A DNA stretch of 32,000 nt from Copranaerobaculum intestinale (lineage in GTDB: Bacteria > Bacillota_I > Bacilli_A > Erysipelotrichales > Erysipelotrichaceae), in NCBI RefSeq assembly GCF_009831105.1, contig NZ_WUUQ01000001.1, positions 390,001 to 422,000 of the forward strand, given 5' to 3'. The translations under genes were made by a program, and so were the position numbers. The notes beneath the pieces are model-generated. The model did no database searches. It was not told the DNA's origin and saw nothing but the letters and a program-made list of their open reading frames with translations. Position 1 is the first letter of the stretch. Every line of letters starts with the position of its first letter. Shown here piece by piece: positions 8,846 to 18,681 of the stretch.

Positions 8846-9547
8846 ATGGATGAAATCAAAATCTTAGTAGCAGATGACGATGAGGATATCCGAGATGTCA
8901 TTGAAATTCTTTTAAACAGCGAAGGATATCAGGTATATAAGGCAAAGGATGGTCAGGAAGCATTGGAAATGATGAAGGAGAACACCTTTCGACTGGTGAT
9001 ACTGGACATTATGATGCCAGGGCTGAACGGTTATCAGGCATGCGTGGAAATTCGGAAATACAGCATGGCGCCGATTTTGTTTTTGAGTGCAAAATCACAG
9101 GATAGTGACAAAACCCTCTGCTTTTCCAGCGGCGGTGATGATTACATGTCAAAACCATTCTCATATAATGAACTAGTCTCTCGGGTAAAAGCACTGCTTC
9201 GCCGCTATATGGTATATAAGGGGGATGAGAATACGTCGGAACCTGCTGAAGCGCTGAAGGTCGATGGTGTAGTGATCGATGAACAAAAGCGGATCGTCAC
9301 CGTTGACGATGCGGAAATTGATTTAACGGATATTGAATTCCAGCTATTGGTGCTGTTAGTGAAAAACCGCGGTCAGGTATTTTCTGCGGAACGTCTTTAT
9401 GAAACCATCTGGAAAGAATCCTATTATTATTCTGCCAACAACACAGTTATGGTACATATGCGCAATCTTCGCAAGAAAATAGAAAAGGATCCTCAGAATC
9501 CGCAAATTATAAAAACGATTTGGGGCAAGGGCTATCGCTGTGATTAA
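8846..9547 (+). CDS. OmpR/PhoB-family response regulator
   Basis: 233 aa. Receiver domain (VADDDE, LDIMMPG, GDDYMSKPF) plus a winged-helix C-terminus (IWGKGYR). Confidence 0.95.
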   Translation: MDEIKILVADDDEDIRDVIEILLNSEGYQVYKAKDGQEALEMMKENTFRLVILDIMMPGLNGYQACVEIRKYSMAPILFLSAKSQDSDKTLCFSSGGDDYMSKPFSYNELVSRVKALLRRYMVYKGDENTSEPAEALKVDGVVIDEQKRIVTVDDAEIDLTDIEFQLLVLLVKNRGQVFSAERLYETIWKESYYYSANNTVMVHMRNLRKKIEKDPQNPQIIKTIWGKGYRCD

Positions 9548-11414
9548 GCGGCGCAGATTTGACATAACGGTACTGCTTCGAGTATATCTTGCGGCGATTC
9601 TCTTTTTGCTTTCATTCTTTATCATTTTTGCTTACCGTAAAAATGTATTGTCAATCCTCGTGGACAACGATATTGTTTCATTTCGCATCAGTGATGAAGT
9701 TGCGCAGAAAATCCAAAATGATCTGGGCGGTGAGGAATTTGATATTGATAATTTAAACTTTATCCAGAAAAGTATTGACAGTGTTGTTGGAGATTACACT
9801 TTCTCTATCTTTCAGATGAAAAATGAGCAGGATTATTTTTTAGCTTCTCATGGTATGGCACCGGATGAAATGTCTACAAAATTTTCTGATGTTTTAGAAA
9901 TCAACTTTCTTGATGAAACAGTCAGAGTTGTGCTTTATCCAAAATTCACAGGATACAGCAGGCTTTATATTTTAGCAGATGCAGCCGTGTCGCTGCTGAT
10001 ATCTTTATTTTTCTACTATCTGATGCTTCTGGAAAAGAAACGGTGCATCCTTCGGCATATTTTTCAAAATATTCAGCAGCGGATGCGGTGGAAGCTGTTT
10101 CACAAGCTTTCGATGAAGCTTCTGATAGTAAATCTGTTGGCTGGGGTGTTTGCGTTTGGCATGTTCTTCTTTATGTATGAGAACCGTTACTCGTTTTTTG
10201 AATTTATAAGAGCAACTGAAATATCCGAACAGACAAACTATGATGAGATTCATCAGGAAATCACAAAAAAGGCGAAGAATCTTACTTTCTCAAAGAAAAA
10301 TAAGAAAACCGCGGAAAAAATATTAGATCAATATACATCCAACTATTTTTACTGTTATATTTATGATAATAATGGTGATTATTTTGCCGGTAATTGGAAT
10401 CGCGTTGGAAGCATTGAACGGCTGTTTACGCGAGGTACGGTCTATGATGTATCGGCTATATATGTACCTGAATATTACATGTACAGTGTGAACTTTTCTG
10501 GAGAAACAGGACAGCTGATGATTTATTCTTATCCGCTTATTCCCTATGTGACCCCATACCTTGTCGCAATTGTATTAATTGCAGTATCAATGTATTTAAT
10601 TCCAGTAATGCGGTTTATGAATCGCAAGGTATTTGAAATCAAACGGCTTCAAAATGATATTCTGGTGTTGGCAAGCGGTGATTTAAGTCATGATATCAAT
10701 CCGCAGGGGCGTGATGAAATCGCTCAGCTTGGTCAGGATCTGAATCAAATGCGCTTGATTCTGAGTGAAAATATCCGAAGTGAGGAAATGAGCCGTAAGA
10801 ACAACAGTGAATTAATTACCAGCATGTCACATGATCTTCGTACTCCCCTGACCTCTTTAAAGGCGTATCTCGATATTCTGAAATATCGTAAGTACAAGGA
10901 TGAAGCGCAGTATGAAAAATGTCTTGATCGGTGTATCCGAAAGGCTGAAGATATTAAAGAGATGAGTGATGCGATGTTTGAATATTCCTTAGTGTTTGAG
11001 CCGGATCATCGGGCACAGCTTGAAAACATCACCTTGGAAGAGCTGCTTCCGCTGCTGATTGACCAAATGGAGCAGCTGGAGATGAATCATTATCATATTC
11101 AATACCACTCCCCCGATAATACATGTCGGATGGAAATCGATATGCAGATGATGAAGCGTGTATTCAATAATATTTTTTCAAATATTATGAAATATGCGGA
11201 TCAGGAACAGCCGATAGAAATTGATGTATTATGCCATGAGGAAACCATGGAAATGAGTTTTATCAATCATGTCCGTCAGGATCTCGATAAGGTGGAGCGA
11301 AATCATATCGGATTGAAAAGCACAGCGAAAATGATGTCGCTGATGAAGGGCAGGCTTGATATTACGGGTGAGGAACAGACGTTTATCTGTAAATTAACTT
11401 TCCCGATCTTATAA
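9540..11414 (+). CDS. Sensor histidine kinase (membrane, HAMP-like linker, HisKA, HATPase)
   Basis: 624 aa. GTG start overlaps the RR stop by 8 nt. H-box SMSHDLRTPLTSL, N-box-like FNNIFSNIMKYA, and several TM segments. Confidence 0.9.
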   Translation: MIKRRRFDITVLLRVYLAAILFLLSFFIIFAYRKNVLSILVDNDIVSFRISDEVAQKIQNDLGGEEFDIDNLNFIQKSIDSVVGDYTFSIFQMKNEQDYFLASHGMAPDEMSTKFSDVLEINFLDETVRVVLYPKFTGYSRLYILADAAVSLLISLFFYYLMLLEKKRCILRHIFQNIQQRMRWKLFHKLSMKLLIVNLLAGVFAFGMFFFMYENRYSFFEFIRATEISEQTNYDEIHQEITKKAKNLTFSKKNKKTAEKILDQYTSNYFYCYIYDNNGDYFAGNWNRVGSIERLFTRGTVYDVSAIYVPEYYMYSVNFSGETGQLMIYSYPLIPYVTPYLVAIVLIAVSMYLIPVMRFMNRKVFEIKRLQNDILVLASGDLSHDINPQGRDEIAQLGQDLNQMRLILSENIRSEEMSRKNNSELITSMSHDLRTPLTSLKAYLDILKYRKYKDEAQYEKCLDRCIRKAEDIKEMSDAMFEYSLVFEPDHRAQLENITLEELLPLLIDQMEQLEMNHYHIQYHSPDNTCRMEIDMQMMKRVFNNIFSNIMKYADQEQPIEIDVLCHEETMEMSFINHVRQDLDKVERNHIGLKSTAKMMSLMKGRLDITGEEQTFICKLTFPIL

Positions 11415-11442
11415 AAACGGACCGACAAATCGGTCCTTTTTT
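11413..11442. terminator. Bidirectional intrinsic terminator (HK gene and PBP gene)
   Basis: GGACCGA (11419-11425) pairs with TCGGTCC (11430-11436) across a 4-nt loop. Flanked by an A-run upstream and a T-run downstream. Confidence 0.8.
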
Positions 11443-13342
11443 AATCGTCTTTTAGTTTTTCACTGCCGTCTTCATTGCCGCGGATAAACCAGTAGTTACT
11501 GCCGTCATTGGAAGGTTTTCCGGTAATCGGATTTACTTTCCGGCTAACGATGTTATCACTTGGCTGATACCAAACATTTTCTTTGCCTTGATTCAGTTCA
11601 TCAAAAGTTTCCTGCCAGATATCCTTTGAGATATTGAAATCAGCTTTCGGGAGTGCTCGGTTATCATCATAACCGCTCCAGATCCCAACTGTATAATTGG
11701 GATTGAAGCCGACTACCAAAGCATCCCAATCACTGGTGCCGCTTTTTACCCCTGCCTGAGTATCAGGCTGATTACCGTACATGGTCGGGAAGGTATGAGC
11801 AACGTTTTTGTTGTCATAGGTTGCTGTCAGCATCTGATTCAATACGAGTGTCTCGTCACGGTCCAAAAGCCGTTTAGGCTTGCTGTCATGTTGATACAGC
11901 GATCTGCCCTGACCATCGGTAATGCTGGAGATAAAGGCCGGTTCTGTATACAATCCTTCCGAAGCGAAGGTATTATAAATTTTACTGAGCTGCAGAATTG
12001 ACATATTAACGGTTCCAAGCGCCAGCGATGCCTCCGGCTTGGCATCCTTGATCCCAAAGGCATGAAGGGAATCCGCGAGAGTTTCCATGCCTAAGAAAAT
12101 ATGTGTTTTTACAGCGTAGATATTGTCGGATACGGATATTGCGTGAATCATTGATATTTTTTTATAGGGATACTTTTCAGCATAATTTTTTGGCGCGTAA
12201 GTATTTTTATCATCGATCTGAAAGGTAGTAGGTTCTGATAAGAAGGTGCTGGACGGAGCGAAGCCCTCTTTCAGAGCAGAGTAGTAAAGCAGCGGTTTGA
12301 TGGTGGAAGCAACCTGCCGTTTAGAATCAATCGCCCGGTTATACTGTGACAGTGTATAATCCTTTCCGCCTGCCAACGCCATAACATTGCCGGTAAACGG
12401 CTGCATGACTACTCCGGATATCTCCAGTTCTGATTTCAGGGATACATGGTTACTGATCGACGTATTCAGGGTTGCCTGAACACTTGGATCATAATACGTA
12501 TAAACATGAAGCTCCTTGCCTAAGTCAATATCATCACGCTGCTGAAGATCGTGAATGACGGCATCGATATAATACTCATCATTTCCGGCCTTTTCATGAT
12601 CGGTGTGAACTGCCAGCTGCAGCGGTTCTTTTTCCGCCTGTTGCTTCTCTTTTTCAGTGATGACATCATTATTGACCATCACTTGCAGAATCAGCTGCTG
12701 ACGCTTGATTGCGTTTTCCTTGGATAGATACGGGGAATAGATTGAAGGACCATTCGGTATTCCTACCAGCATAGCGGTTTCTGCAGTTGTCAATTTCGTC
12801 AAAGGTTTATCAAAGAAGTATTTCGCGGCATTGTTGACACCGTATACACCATGTCCGAAGTACAATGTATTAAGATAGCCCTCCAATATCTCTTCTTTGG
12901 AATACTGCATCTCCAGCCTGGCCGCATAGAGAAATTCCTCCACTTTCCTTGCCATTGTCTGCTCATTGGTTAGAAAAAGATTTTTGGCATACTGCTGGGT
13001 GATGGTACTGCCTCCTTCCAAGATATTGCCGGAAGTGATATTGCGTCCCATCGCCTGCACAATGCGGAGCGGATCAAAGCCTGCGTGATAATAAAAGCGT
13101 TTATCTTCAACACTTACAAACGCTTCCTGTACAGATTTTGGAATATCATCAATATTGGTCCAATGCATATTTTTTTTAAAGTTTGTTTCATATAGCACAT
13201 TACCATTTACATCGTAAATAGTAATGCTTGATCGTTTTTCATGCAGCTCCAGTTTATCCATCCACGCATAGGTATATACCGCAACCAAAAGCGTCATGGC
13301 GATAAACAGAAACCAGAGGAAAAGTCTGCCGATTTTCTTCAT
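11441..13342 (-). CDS. Class A penicillin-binding protein (glycosyltransferase GT51 plus transpeptidase)
   Basis: 633 aa with an N-terminal TM anchor. GT51 motifs EDKRFYYHAGFD, GGSTITQQ and RKVEE. Transpeptidase motifs STIKP (SxxK), SDN (SxN) and KSGT. Confidence 0.9.
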   Translation of the reverse strand: MKKIGRLFLWFLFIAMTLLVAVYTYAWMDKLELHEKRSSITIYDVNGNVLYETNFKKNMHWTNIDDIPKSVQEAFVSVEDKRFYYHAGFDPLRIVQAMGRNITSGNILEGGSTITQQYAKNLFLTNEQTMARKVEEFLYAARLEMQYSKEEILEGYLNTLYFGHGVYGVNNAAKYFFDKPLTKLTTAETAMLVGIPNGPSIYSPYLSKENAIKRQQLILQVMVNNDVITEKEKQQAEKEPLQLAVHTDHEKAGNDEYYIDAVIHDLQQRDDIDLGKELHVYTYYDPSVQATLNTSISNHVSLKSELEISGVVMQPFTGNVMALAGGKDYTLSQYNRAIDSKRQVASTIKPLLYYSALKEGFAPSSTFLSEPTTFQIDDKNTYAPKNYAEKYPYKKISMIHAISVSDNIYAVKTHIFLGMETLADSLHAFGIKDAKPEASLALGTVNMSILQLSKIYNTFASEGLYTEPAFISSITDGQGRSLYQHDSKPKRLLDRDETLVLNQMLTATYDNKNVAHTFPTMYGNQPDTQAGVKSGTSDWDALVVGFNPNYTVGIWSGYDDNRALPKADFNISKDIWQETFDELNQGKENVWYQPSDNIVSRKVNPITGKPSNDGSNYWFIRGNEDGSEKLKDD

Positions 13343-13414
13343 AGCGTCACCTCGTTCTTATTTTGTTCAATTTATAGAAATTAACACAATTTATTAAAAT
13401 ATATGTATTTATAG

Positions 13415-13442
13415 TTGCAGTAAAAAAATATTCTGCTATAAT
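13415..13442 (+). promoter_or_regulatory. Sigma-A type promoter for the DUF1934-rpoE unit
   Basis: TTGCAG (13415-13420), 16-nt spacer with TGc, then TATAAT (13437-13442). It overlaps the ORF-track ATG at 13441, so that start is unlikely. Confidence 0.6.
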
Positions 13443-13464
13443 GCTCATGATAAGTGGTGATAGG

Positions 13465-13860
13465 GTGCGTAAAAAGCTGATAGTCACAAGTACAGAACGC
13501 AGCAGCAATGTTAGAAATACTCTGTTTAACGGGATTGCAGAAGTTGTCGAAGATGGGGAGAACCGCAAAATCATCTATCGGGAAAGCGACGGCACTACCG
13601 AAGTAACATTTACTGCTCATTCCGACTTTGCCCATTTGAGGCGAAGCGGAGAAATGCTTACGCAGCTCCACTTTGATCAGAATACAACGCAGACAGTCGG
13701 TTCTGTCACCAATGAATTAGGGTACTTGGAACTGATCATTCAAACACAGACATATATCTGTACCCGGGATGTCATCGCGGTGGAATATGCGGTATTGAAT
13801 GAAAATGAAGTAATCGAGTCATACCGACTTATATGGAAAATCAAAGATATAAGTGCTTAA
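13465..13860 (+). CDS. DUF1934 (YwiB-like) beta-barrel protein
   Basis: Small ORF immediately upstream of rpoE, as ywiB is in Bacillus, with an alternating beta-strand-like sequence. The start is uncertain: GTG 13465 is preferred because 13441 and 13447 lie in or at the promoter. Confidence 0.7.
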   Translation: MRKKLIVTSTERSSNVRNTLFNGIAEVVEDGENRKIIYRESDGTTEVTFTAHSDFAHLRRSGEMLTQLHFDQNTTQTVGSVTNELGYLELIIQTQTYICTRDVIAVEYAVLNENEVIESYRLIWKIKDISA

Positions 13861-13954
13861 ATGAAATTTTTCGATTCTTTTTATGAGAACGGCATATGAT
13901 ATAGCGACGGTTTCTCAAAAGCAGAGAATGTTATGTGTAGGAGGAAATCTGATT

Positions 13955-14284
13955 ATGAAAAAACCGATGGTTGATGTAGCATTTGATTTAATGTCTAAAA
14001 AGAAAAAACCGGTGACTTTTTTGAAAATTTGGGAAGAAGTATCTCAGGTATCCGGTTTGAATGAACAGCAGGCAGAAGATAATATCGCACAATTTTATAC
14101 CGATATTTCACTTGATGAACGGTTTGTTCATATGCCGGAAAATAAATGGGATCTGCGTTCCCGTCATAAGTATGAGGAAGTGGTGGTTGATACAAATTCA
14201 CTTTTGATCGATGAAGAGGAAGACGACACCACTTATACTGAAGAGGAAGAAGTGGCTCCAAAGGAAACAGCCGAAGAATTCTAA
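13955..14284 (+). CDS. rpoE: DNA-directed RNA polymerase delta subunit
   Basis: AGGAGG (13939-13944) lies 10 nt before ATG 13955. N-terminal HARE-HTH-like domain (FLKIWEEV...FYTDISLDERFV...WDLRSRH) and a strongly acidic C-terminal tail (IDEEEDDTTYTEEEE). Confidence 0.85.
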   Translation: MKKPMVDVAFDLMSKKKKPVTFLKIWEEVSQVSGLNEQQAEDNIAQFYTDISLDERFVHMPENKWDLRSRHKYEEVVVDTNSLLIDEEEDDTTYTEEEEVAPKETAEEF

Positions 14285-14305
14285 AGCCGTGCTAACGGCT
14301 TTTTT
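14285..14305 (+). terminator. Intrinsic terminator after rpoE
   Basis: AGCCGT pairs with ACGGCT across a 4-nt loop, then TTTTT. Confidence 0.85.
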
Positions 14306-14489
14306 AGTGGTTAGGAAAAGAGTATTCACCGACATTTGAAAAGTAAGCGCTTAGATGAAAGCTTTTTGTCAGGGATTTCAGATATATTCCAGAATTCAGC
14401 TTTTATCGGGTAGAAAATACCCCTCTTACCTTTTCAAACGATGAAAAATGCAGTAAAATAAAAAGGTAAATAGAAGGAGGAATTTGGTT

Positions 14490-15356
14490 ATGGCATTAGT
14501 ATCAGCTACAGAAATGCTCAAGAAGGCAAGAGCCGGACACTACGCAGTAGGAGCATTCAACATTAACAACATGGAATGGACAAAAGCAATTCTGCTTGCG
14601 GCTGAAGAAGCAAAATCACCGGTAATGTTAGGTGTATCAGAAGGTGCAGGCAAATACATGTGCGGTTTCAAGACCGTAACTGCCATGGTAAAAGAAATCC
14701 ACGATTATCTTGGTATCACGGTACCGGTTGCTCTGCACTTGGATCACGGTTCTTATGATGGAGCGAAGGCATGCATCGAAGCAGGATTTACTTCGGTTAT
14801 GTTTGACGGATCTCACTATGATTTTGAAGAAAACATGGAAAAATCAAAAGAAATCATTGAATTTGCTCACGCACGCGGAATCTCTGTTGAATGTGAAGTT
14901 GGCGGCATCGGCGGTGAAGAAGACGGCGTTACTTCCATGGGTGAAGTTGCAGATCCAAATGAATGTGAAAAAATTGCGGCTCTGGGAGTTGACTTCCTGG
15001 CTGCCGGCATTGGCAACATCCACGGTAAATATCCGGCAAACTGGGCTGGACTGAACTTTGATGTATTAGGCAAAATTCAGGAGGTTACCAACGGACTGCC
15101 ATTGGTACTGCACGGCGGTTCCGGTATTCCTGCTGATCAGATCGCAAAAGCCATTTCATTGGGCGTTTCCAAAATCAATGTAAATACAGAGCTGCAGCTT
15201 GAATTTGCGGCGGCTACCCGTAAATACATCGAAGCTGGAAAGGATAACGAAGGCAAAGGATACGATCCTCGTAAACTGCTGGCACCGGGTGCTGAAGCAA
15301 TCAAAGCCAAAGTTATTGCGATGATGACAGAATTTGGTTCTAAAGATAAAGCTTAA
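14490..15356 (+). CDS. fba: Class II fructose-1,6-bisphosphate aldolase
   Basis: Motifs LHLDHG, VMFDGSH, GNIHGKY and LHGGSG. ATG 14490 lies 9 nt after GGAGG (14476-14480). Confidence 0.95.
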   Translation: MALVSATEMLKKARAGHYAVGAFNINNMEWTKAILLAAEEAKSPVMLGVSEGAGKYMCGFKTVTAMVKEIHDYLGITVPVALHLDHGSYDGAKACIEAGFTSVMFDGSHYDFEENMEKSKEIIEFAHARGISVECEVGGIGGEEDGVTSMGEVADPNECEKIAALGVDFLAAGIGNIHGKYPANWAGLNFDVLGKIQEVTNGLPLVLHGGSGIPADQIAKAISLGVSKINVNTELQLEFAAATRKYIEAGKDNEGKGYDPRKLLAPGAEAIKAKVIAMMTEFGSKDKA

Positions 15357-15382
15357 TTGAAAGTAGGTATGAAAAGCAGAAT

Positions 15383-15407
15383 GCAGCTTGCTGTAAGCTG
15401 CTTTTTT
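15383..15407 (+). terminator. Intrinsic terminator after fba
   Basis: GCAGCTT pairs with AAGCTGC across a 5-nt loop, then TTTTTT. Confidence 0.85.
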
Positions 15408-15549
15408 CATGTTTAAGAGACGCAACATAAATTATCAATAAATAGAATATATATAAATATATAAAATAAATTAAGATTCTTTGTAGACGTAAATTATATT
15501 TATTTGTTATGATAATAACACGTGAAAATTCTGAGAAAGGAGGCAAATA

Positions 15550-16674
15550 ATGAATCGTTCGTTACGCAGCGAAGCAGCGGCTTCCTATCAATCAATGAAT
15601 CATCAGTGGCTGAAGTTTCACTATCGGATACTTCAGTTAAGCGTGATTGTCAGTGTTTTAGCGGAAATTGCGGTCTATATCATAGCGCGGCTTGGTCATT
15701 TCATCAGCGGCAGTGATCTGCATTACTGGCTTACCTATATTTTGATACCCGGTTTGATCGGTTTGATTCTGATTCATATCGGACGTACCGTGGTTCTCCA
15801 TAAGAAACTGTCTGTCCGTCAAAAAGAATATTGTATGTCCTTTCTGTTTGTGCTGATAACCTTTAATTTGTCCTTTGTCCACAGCAGCTATGTAACGATT
15901 TTATTTGTATCCATCGTACCACTTTTGATGACGGTCATTTACGAACAGAAACGGCTTACCAGCGTAACGGCAGTATTCGGAATACTCCTTCAAATCATCA
16001 GTGCATTGGGGATCATGCTTCATGGAGATACCTTCACTTCCCTATACCTAATAAATCTTGTAATTATCATATTATGTACCTGCGCGTCCTGGGCTGTTGC
16101 CATAGCGATGATTCAGTTTGCTCGCATGAAGAAACAGATTATAATCAATCAGGATGTGGAACGAAAGATTCTTCGGCAGCGGATTCATTTGGATGAGCTG
16201 ACCGGGGTTGGCAGCCGGCAGGCGATGCTTCAGCATTTGGAGATGCTGGCAAATGAACAGGAACAAGATTTCTTTATCGCGATGATCGACATTGATGAAT
16301 TTAAGCATATCAATGATTGTTATGGACATCTGTATGGTGATCGTGTGCTTCATTGCTTTGGAGAATGTATGTGCGGTTTAGGAAAAACCTGTTATCCTTA
16401 TCGGTTTGGCGGGGATGAGTTCTGTGTGCTGTTTATGGAATCTCACGCGGAAAGTGTGCGTCAGCTGCTGCAGCGGCTTCAAAAGGATTTCAGCCGGATG
16501 ATGTGCAAAATAAACGATAATAGCTCGATTACCTTTAGCGCCGGATTTGCGAAACGGGAGTCGGATCAATCCATGATGGAGATCATCCATTTTGCGGATG
16601 TAGCGCTCTATGAATCAAAGAAACGCAGCCGCAGCGCGATCACTTTGTATGAAGGTAGGGCTGAATCGTTTTAG
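15550..16674 (+). CDS. Membrane-anchored diguanylate cyclase (GGDEF domain)
   Basis: 374 aa with ~6 N-terminal hydrophobic segments. Motifs DIDEFKHINDCYGHLYGD and RFGGDEF. No RxxD I-site was seen 5 residues upstream of GGDEF. AGGAGG SD. Confidence 0.9.
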   Translation: MNRSLRSEAAASYQSMNHQWLKFHYRILQLSVIVSVLAEIAVYIIARLGHFISGSDLHYWLTYILIPGLIGLILIHIGRTVVLHKKLSVRQKEYCMSFLFVLITFNLSFVHSSYVTILFVSIVPLLMTVIYEQKRLTSVTAVFGILLQIISALGIMLHGDTFTSLYLINLVIIILCTCASWAVAIAMIQFARMKKQIIINQDVERKILRQRIHLDELTGVGSRQAMLQHLEMLANEQEQDFFIAMIDIDEFKHINDCYGHLYGDRVLHCFGECMCGLGKTCYPYRFGGDEFCVLFMESHAESVRQLLQRLQKDFSRMMCKINDNSSITFSAGFAKRESDQSMMEIIHFADVALYESKKRSRSAITLYEGRAESF

Positions 16675-16708
16675 AAGTAATGGAAATGTGTTATTTTAAA
16701 GGGTCTAA

Positions 16709-16737
16709 TTGATAATAAGACAAAAAACGTATATAAT
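16709..16737 (+). promoter_or_regulatory. Sigma-A type promoter
   Basis: TTGATA (16709-16714), 17-nt spacer, TATAAT (16732-16737). About 35 nt upstream of ATG 16773. Confidence 0.65.
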
Positions 16738-16772
16738 GAAAGCAATGTGAAAGGGATATAAGAGGTACGAGA

Positions 16773-17717
16773 ATGAGAGACTTATTTGCACTGCTTTGCG
16801 TTCAGTTCGCAAAGCGAAATACGGCAAAACGGAAAGAGCGTTTCCTGGCATGGCTGGCCCATAGTGCACAGGATTTGGGATTTGAAGTTCACATCGACGA
16901 AAAGAAAAAGGGCAAGCTTGCTTCCCGTAATCTGCTGGTCGGTAATTTCACTAAATGTGAGAATATCGTCGTTACCGGATATGACACGCCGAGCAAGGTG
17001 ATGATGCCCGGTTATACGTATTATCCGTTCAACTTCAAAAAAGATCATAAGCAGGAGATGATCGCACTGGCGATTCAGATGGCTTCTTCCATTTTTGTTA
17101 TTTTCCTGTTTTATCTGCTGGTACGAGGTTTTAATGACTACAACATCTGGATGAAAGTCGCAGCGGTCATCGTCGGCGTAGCAATGATCATCGCCAGTTT
17201 CTTTTTGGGGAAGGGAATGGCGAATAAGTATAACTTTAATAAGAATACGTCGGCATTGTGTGTTGCGATTACATTGATGCAGGAAGCAGCTGCCGCTAAG
17301 GATAACCGCACGGCATTTATCTTCTGTGACAACGTGTCCGCATCCTTCTATGGCTATGCGCAAATTGCTGAGAATATGGAAAAAAAGCTGAAAGGCAAAA
17401 ATATGATTATCATGGATTGTATCGCATCTGACGGCGATGTATTTATCGCACATAAAAAGGCCGATAAACAGCTTGCTGAAGGGCTTCAGAAGTATCTGCC
17501 GAAAAGTCGGCTGCTGGAGCGCCCTACCGATGTTCCGGGATGCATGCAATGGTTCAATAATCTGATGTATGTAACTAGCGGCACCGCGGATGAGCAACAT
17601 GAAGTCAAGATTAAGAATACCCGCAGCCGCAAGGATGGCAAGCTGGAGATGGATCGATTGGAAGCGATTCACGATATGCTTGTCAAGTATCTAAAAATTG
17701 AAGCAGTAAAAAAATAA
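16773..17717 (+). CDS. Uncharacterised membrane protein (two central TM helices between two soluble halves)
   Basis: 314-aa ORF with its own promoter, an AGAGG SD and a terminator. Hydrophobic stretches IALAIQMASSIFVIFLFYLLV and VAAVIVGVAMIIASFFLG. No family was recognised with confidence. Confidence 0.7.
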   Translation: MRDLFALLCVQFAKRNTAKRKERFLAWLAHSAQDLGFEVHIDEKKKGKLASRNLLVGNFTKCENIVVTGYDTPSKVMMPGYTYYPFNFKKDHKQEMIALAIQMASSIFVIFLFYLLVRGFNDYNIWMKVAAVIVGVAMIIASFFLGKGMANKYNFNKNTSALCVAITLMQEAAAAKDNRTAFIFCDNVSASFYGYAQIAENMEKKLKGKNMIIMDCIASDGDVFIAHKKADKQLAEGLQKYLPKSRLLERPTDVPGCMQWFNNLMYVTSGTADEQHEVKIKNTRSRKDGKLEMDRLEAIHDMLVKYLKIEAVKK

Positions 17718-17738
17718 ACCGTCGCTGACGGTTTTTTC
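17717..17738. terminator. Bidirectional intrinsic terminator
   Basis: ACCGTC (17718-17723) pairs with GACGGT (17727-17732), flanked by an A-run and a T-run. It sits between convergent stop codons. Confidence 0.7.
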
Positions 17739-18540
17739 ATAAAGATAATTGATACTCTTTCTGAAACTTTTGAAAGAAATCATAGTATTCATAAAATTTA
17801 TTTTCGTTATCAATCTCGTCACAGGGCTCTAGCCAAGTTTTATTTGTGATATCATACGCACAAACAGTACCGTCTGTGTAAGTTTCCTTCACTATTATTT
17901 GGTTAGCCCATTCCAGCGTAATCACACTGGACTCGTATTTAAAATCCATCTGCTTTTTCTTCAAATTAATACTCATCGTATTCGGGATCGGTGATTCGTC
18001 TTCATTATCTGTTTTAAAATGAATCTGATATTCATCTTTGCTTCTTTTAAAGCCAATGCGTTCAAGTTTTTGTTCGTCGGTCAATGATGCCACCTTGTCT
18101 AAATAAGCGCGTAGTTCATGTTTTGCGAACATATAAAATTGCTTTTCCGTAAGATTCAGTTTTTTTAGGGTGTTTTTATATTGCTTCTTCAATTTCTTTA
18201 GTGCTGCTAAATCATGATCATAACAAAAATTTCCGGTTTCTTGTTTACGGAAATTGTATATACAGCCCGATAAACCATTCGCATATCCTTTGTTGGTGGA
18301 AGGAGAATAAAGCACATTCCCCTTGATTACACCCATAACTCTTTTTGAATTATAAAACAATTCCATATTCTCAGATTCAAAGGATAAAATATCAATATCC
18401 TTTTCTCGATCTCGATGATATACCATTTTGAATCCCTCTGCCTTGAATTTTCGCTTGATTTCAGGGTATGCCATCGTATTGTTAGAGGCACATCCGGCAG
18501 TTAAAAAACAGAGAATAAGCAATATTATTATTTTTTTCAT
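17737..18540 (-). CDS. Lipoprotein of unknown function
   Basis: The true start is likely ATG at complement 18540, with a GAGGAA SD. MKKIIILLILCFLTAGCASNN contains a lipobox (LTAGC). The gene is visibly more AT-rich than its neighbours. Confidence 0.8.
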   Translation of the reverse strand: MKKIIILLILCFLTAGCASNNTMAYPEIKRKFKAEGFKMVYHRDREKDIDILSFESENMELFYNSKRVMGVIKGNVLYSPSTNKGYANGLSGCIYNFRKQETGNFCYDHDLAALKKLKKQYKNTLKKLNLTEKQFYMFAKHELRAYLDKVASLTDEQKLERIGFKRSKDEYQIHFKTDNEDESPIPNTMSINLKKKQMDFKYESSVITLEWANQIIVKETYTDGTVCAYDITNKTWLEPCDEIDNENKFYEYYDFFQKFQKEYQLSL

Positions 18541-18568
18541 ATTTATTCCTCTGGTATGATCATAGCAT

Positions 18569-18607
18569 AAAGAAAGAAAAAGCGGAATCCCCAGAAAGGA
18601 TCCGCTT
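18569..18607 (-). terminator. Intrinsic terminator-like hairpin in the leader of the lipoprotein gene
   Basis: Minus-strand RNA AAGCGGAUCC-UUUCUGG-GGAUUCCGCUU forms 10 bp with one bulge, followed by UUUUUCUUUCUUU. There is no T-run on the plus strand. Confidence 0.7.
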
Positions 18608-18681
18608 CTCACAGCCTCTCGGCCGTTTTGGAATACATGTTCATGACTCTCTCATAGTTGTGAATATGTAATACCATTTCC

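Noticed and set aside
16782-17672. 296-aa ORF on the minus strand, fully antisense to the 314-aa plus-strand gene
   Set aside because: The translation is Cys/His/Arg-rich with no coherent hydrophobic or domain pattern, and it has no SD or promoter. The plus-strand gene has a consensus promoter, an SD, TM helices and a terminator. This is a typical shadow ORF in the antisense frame.
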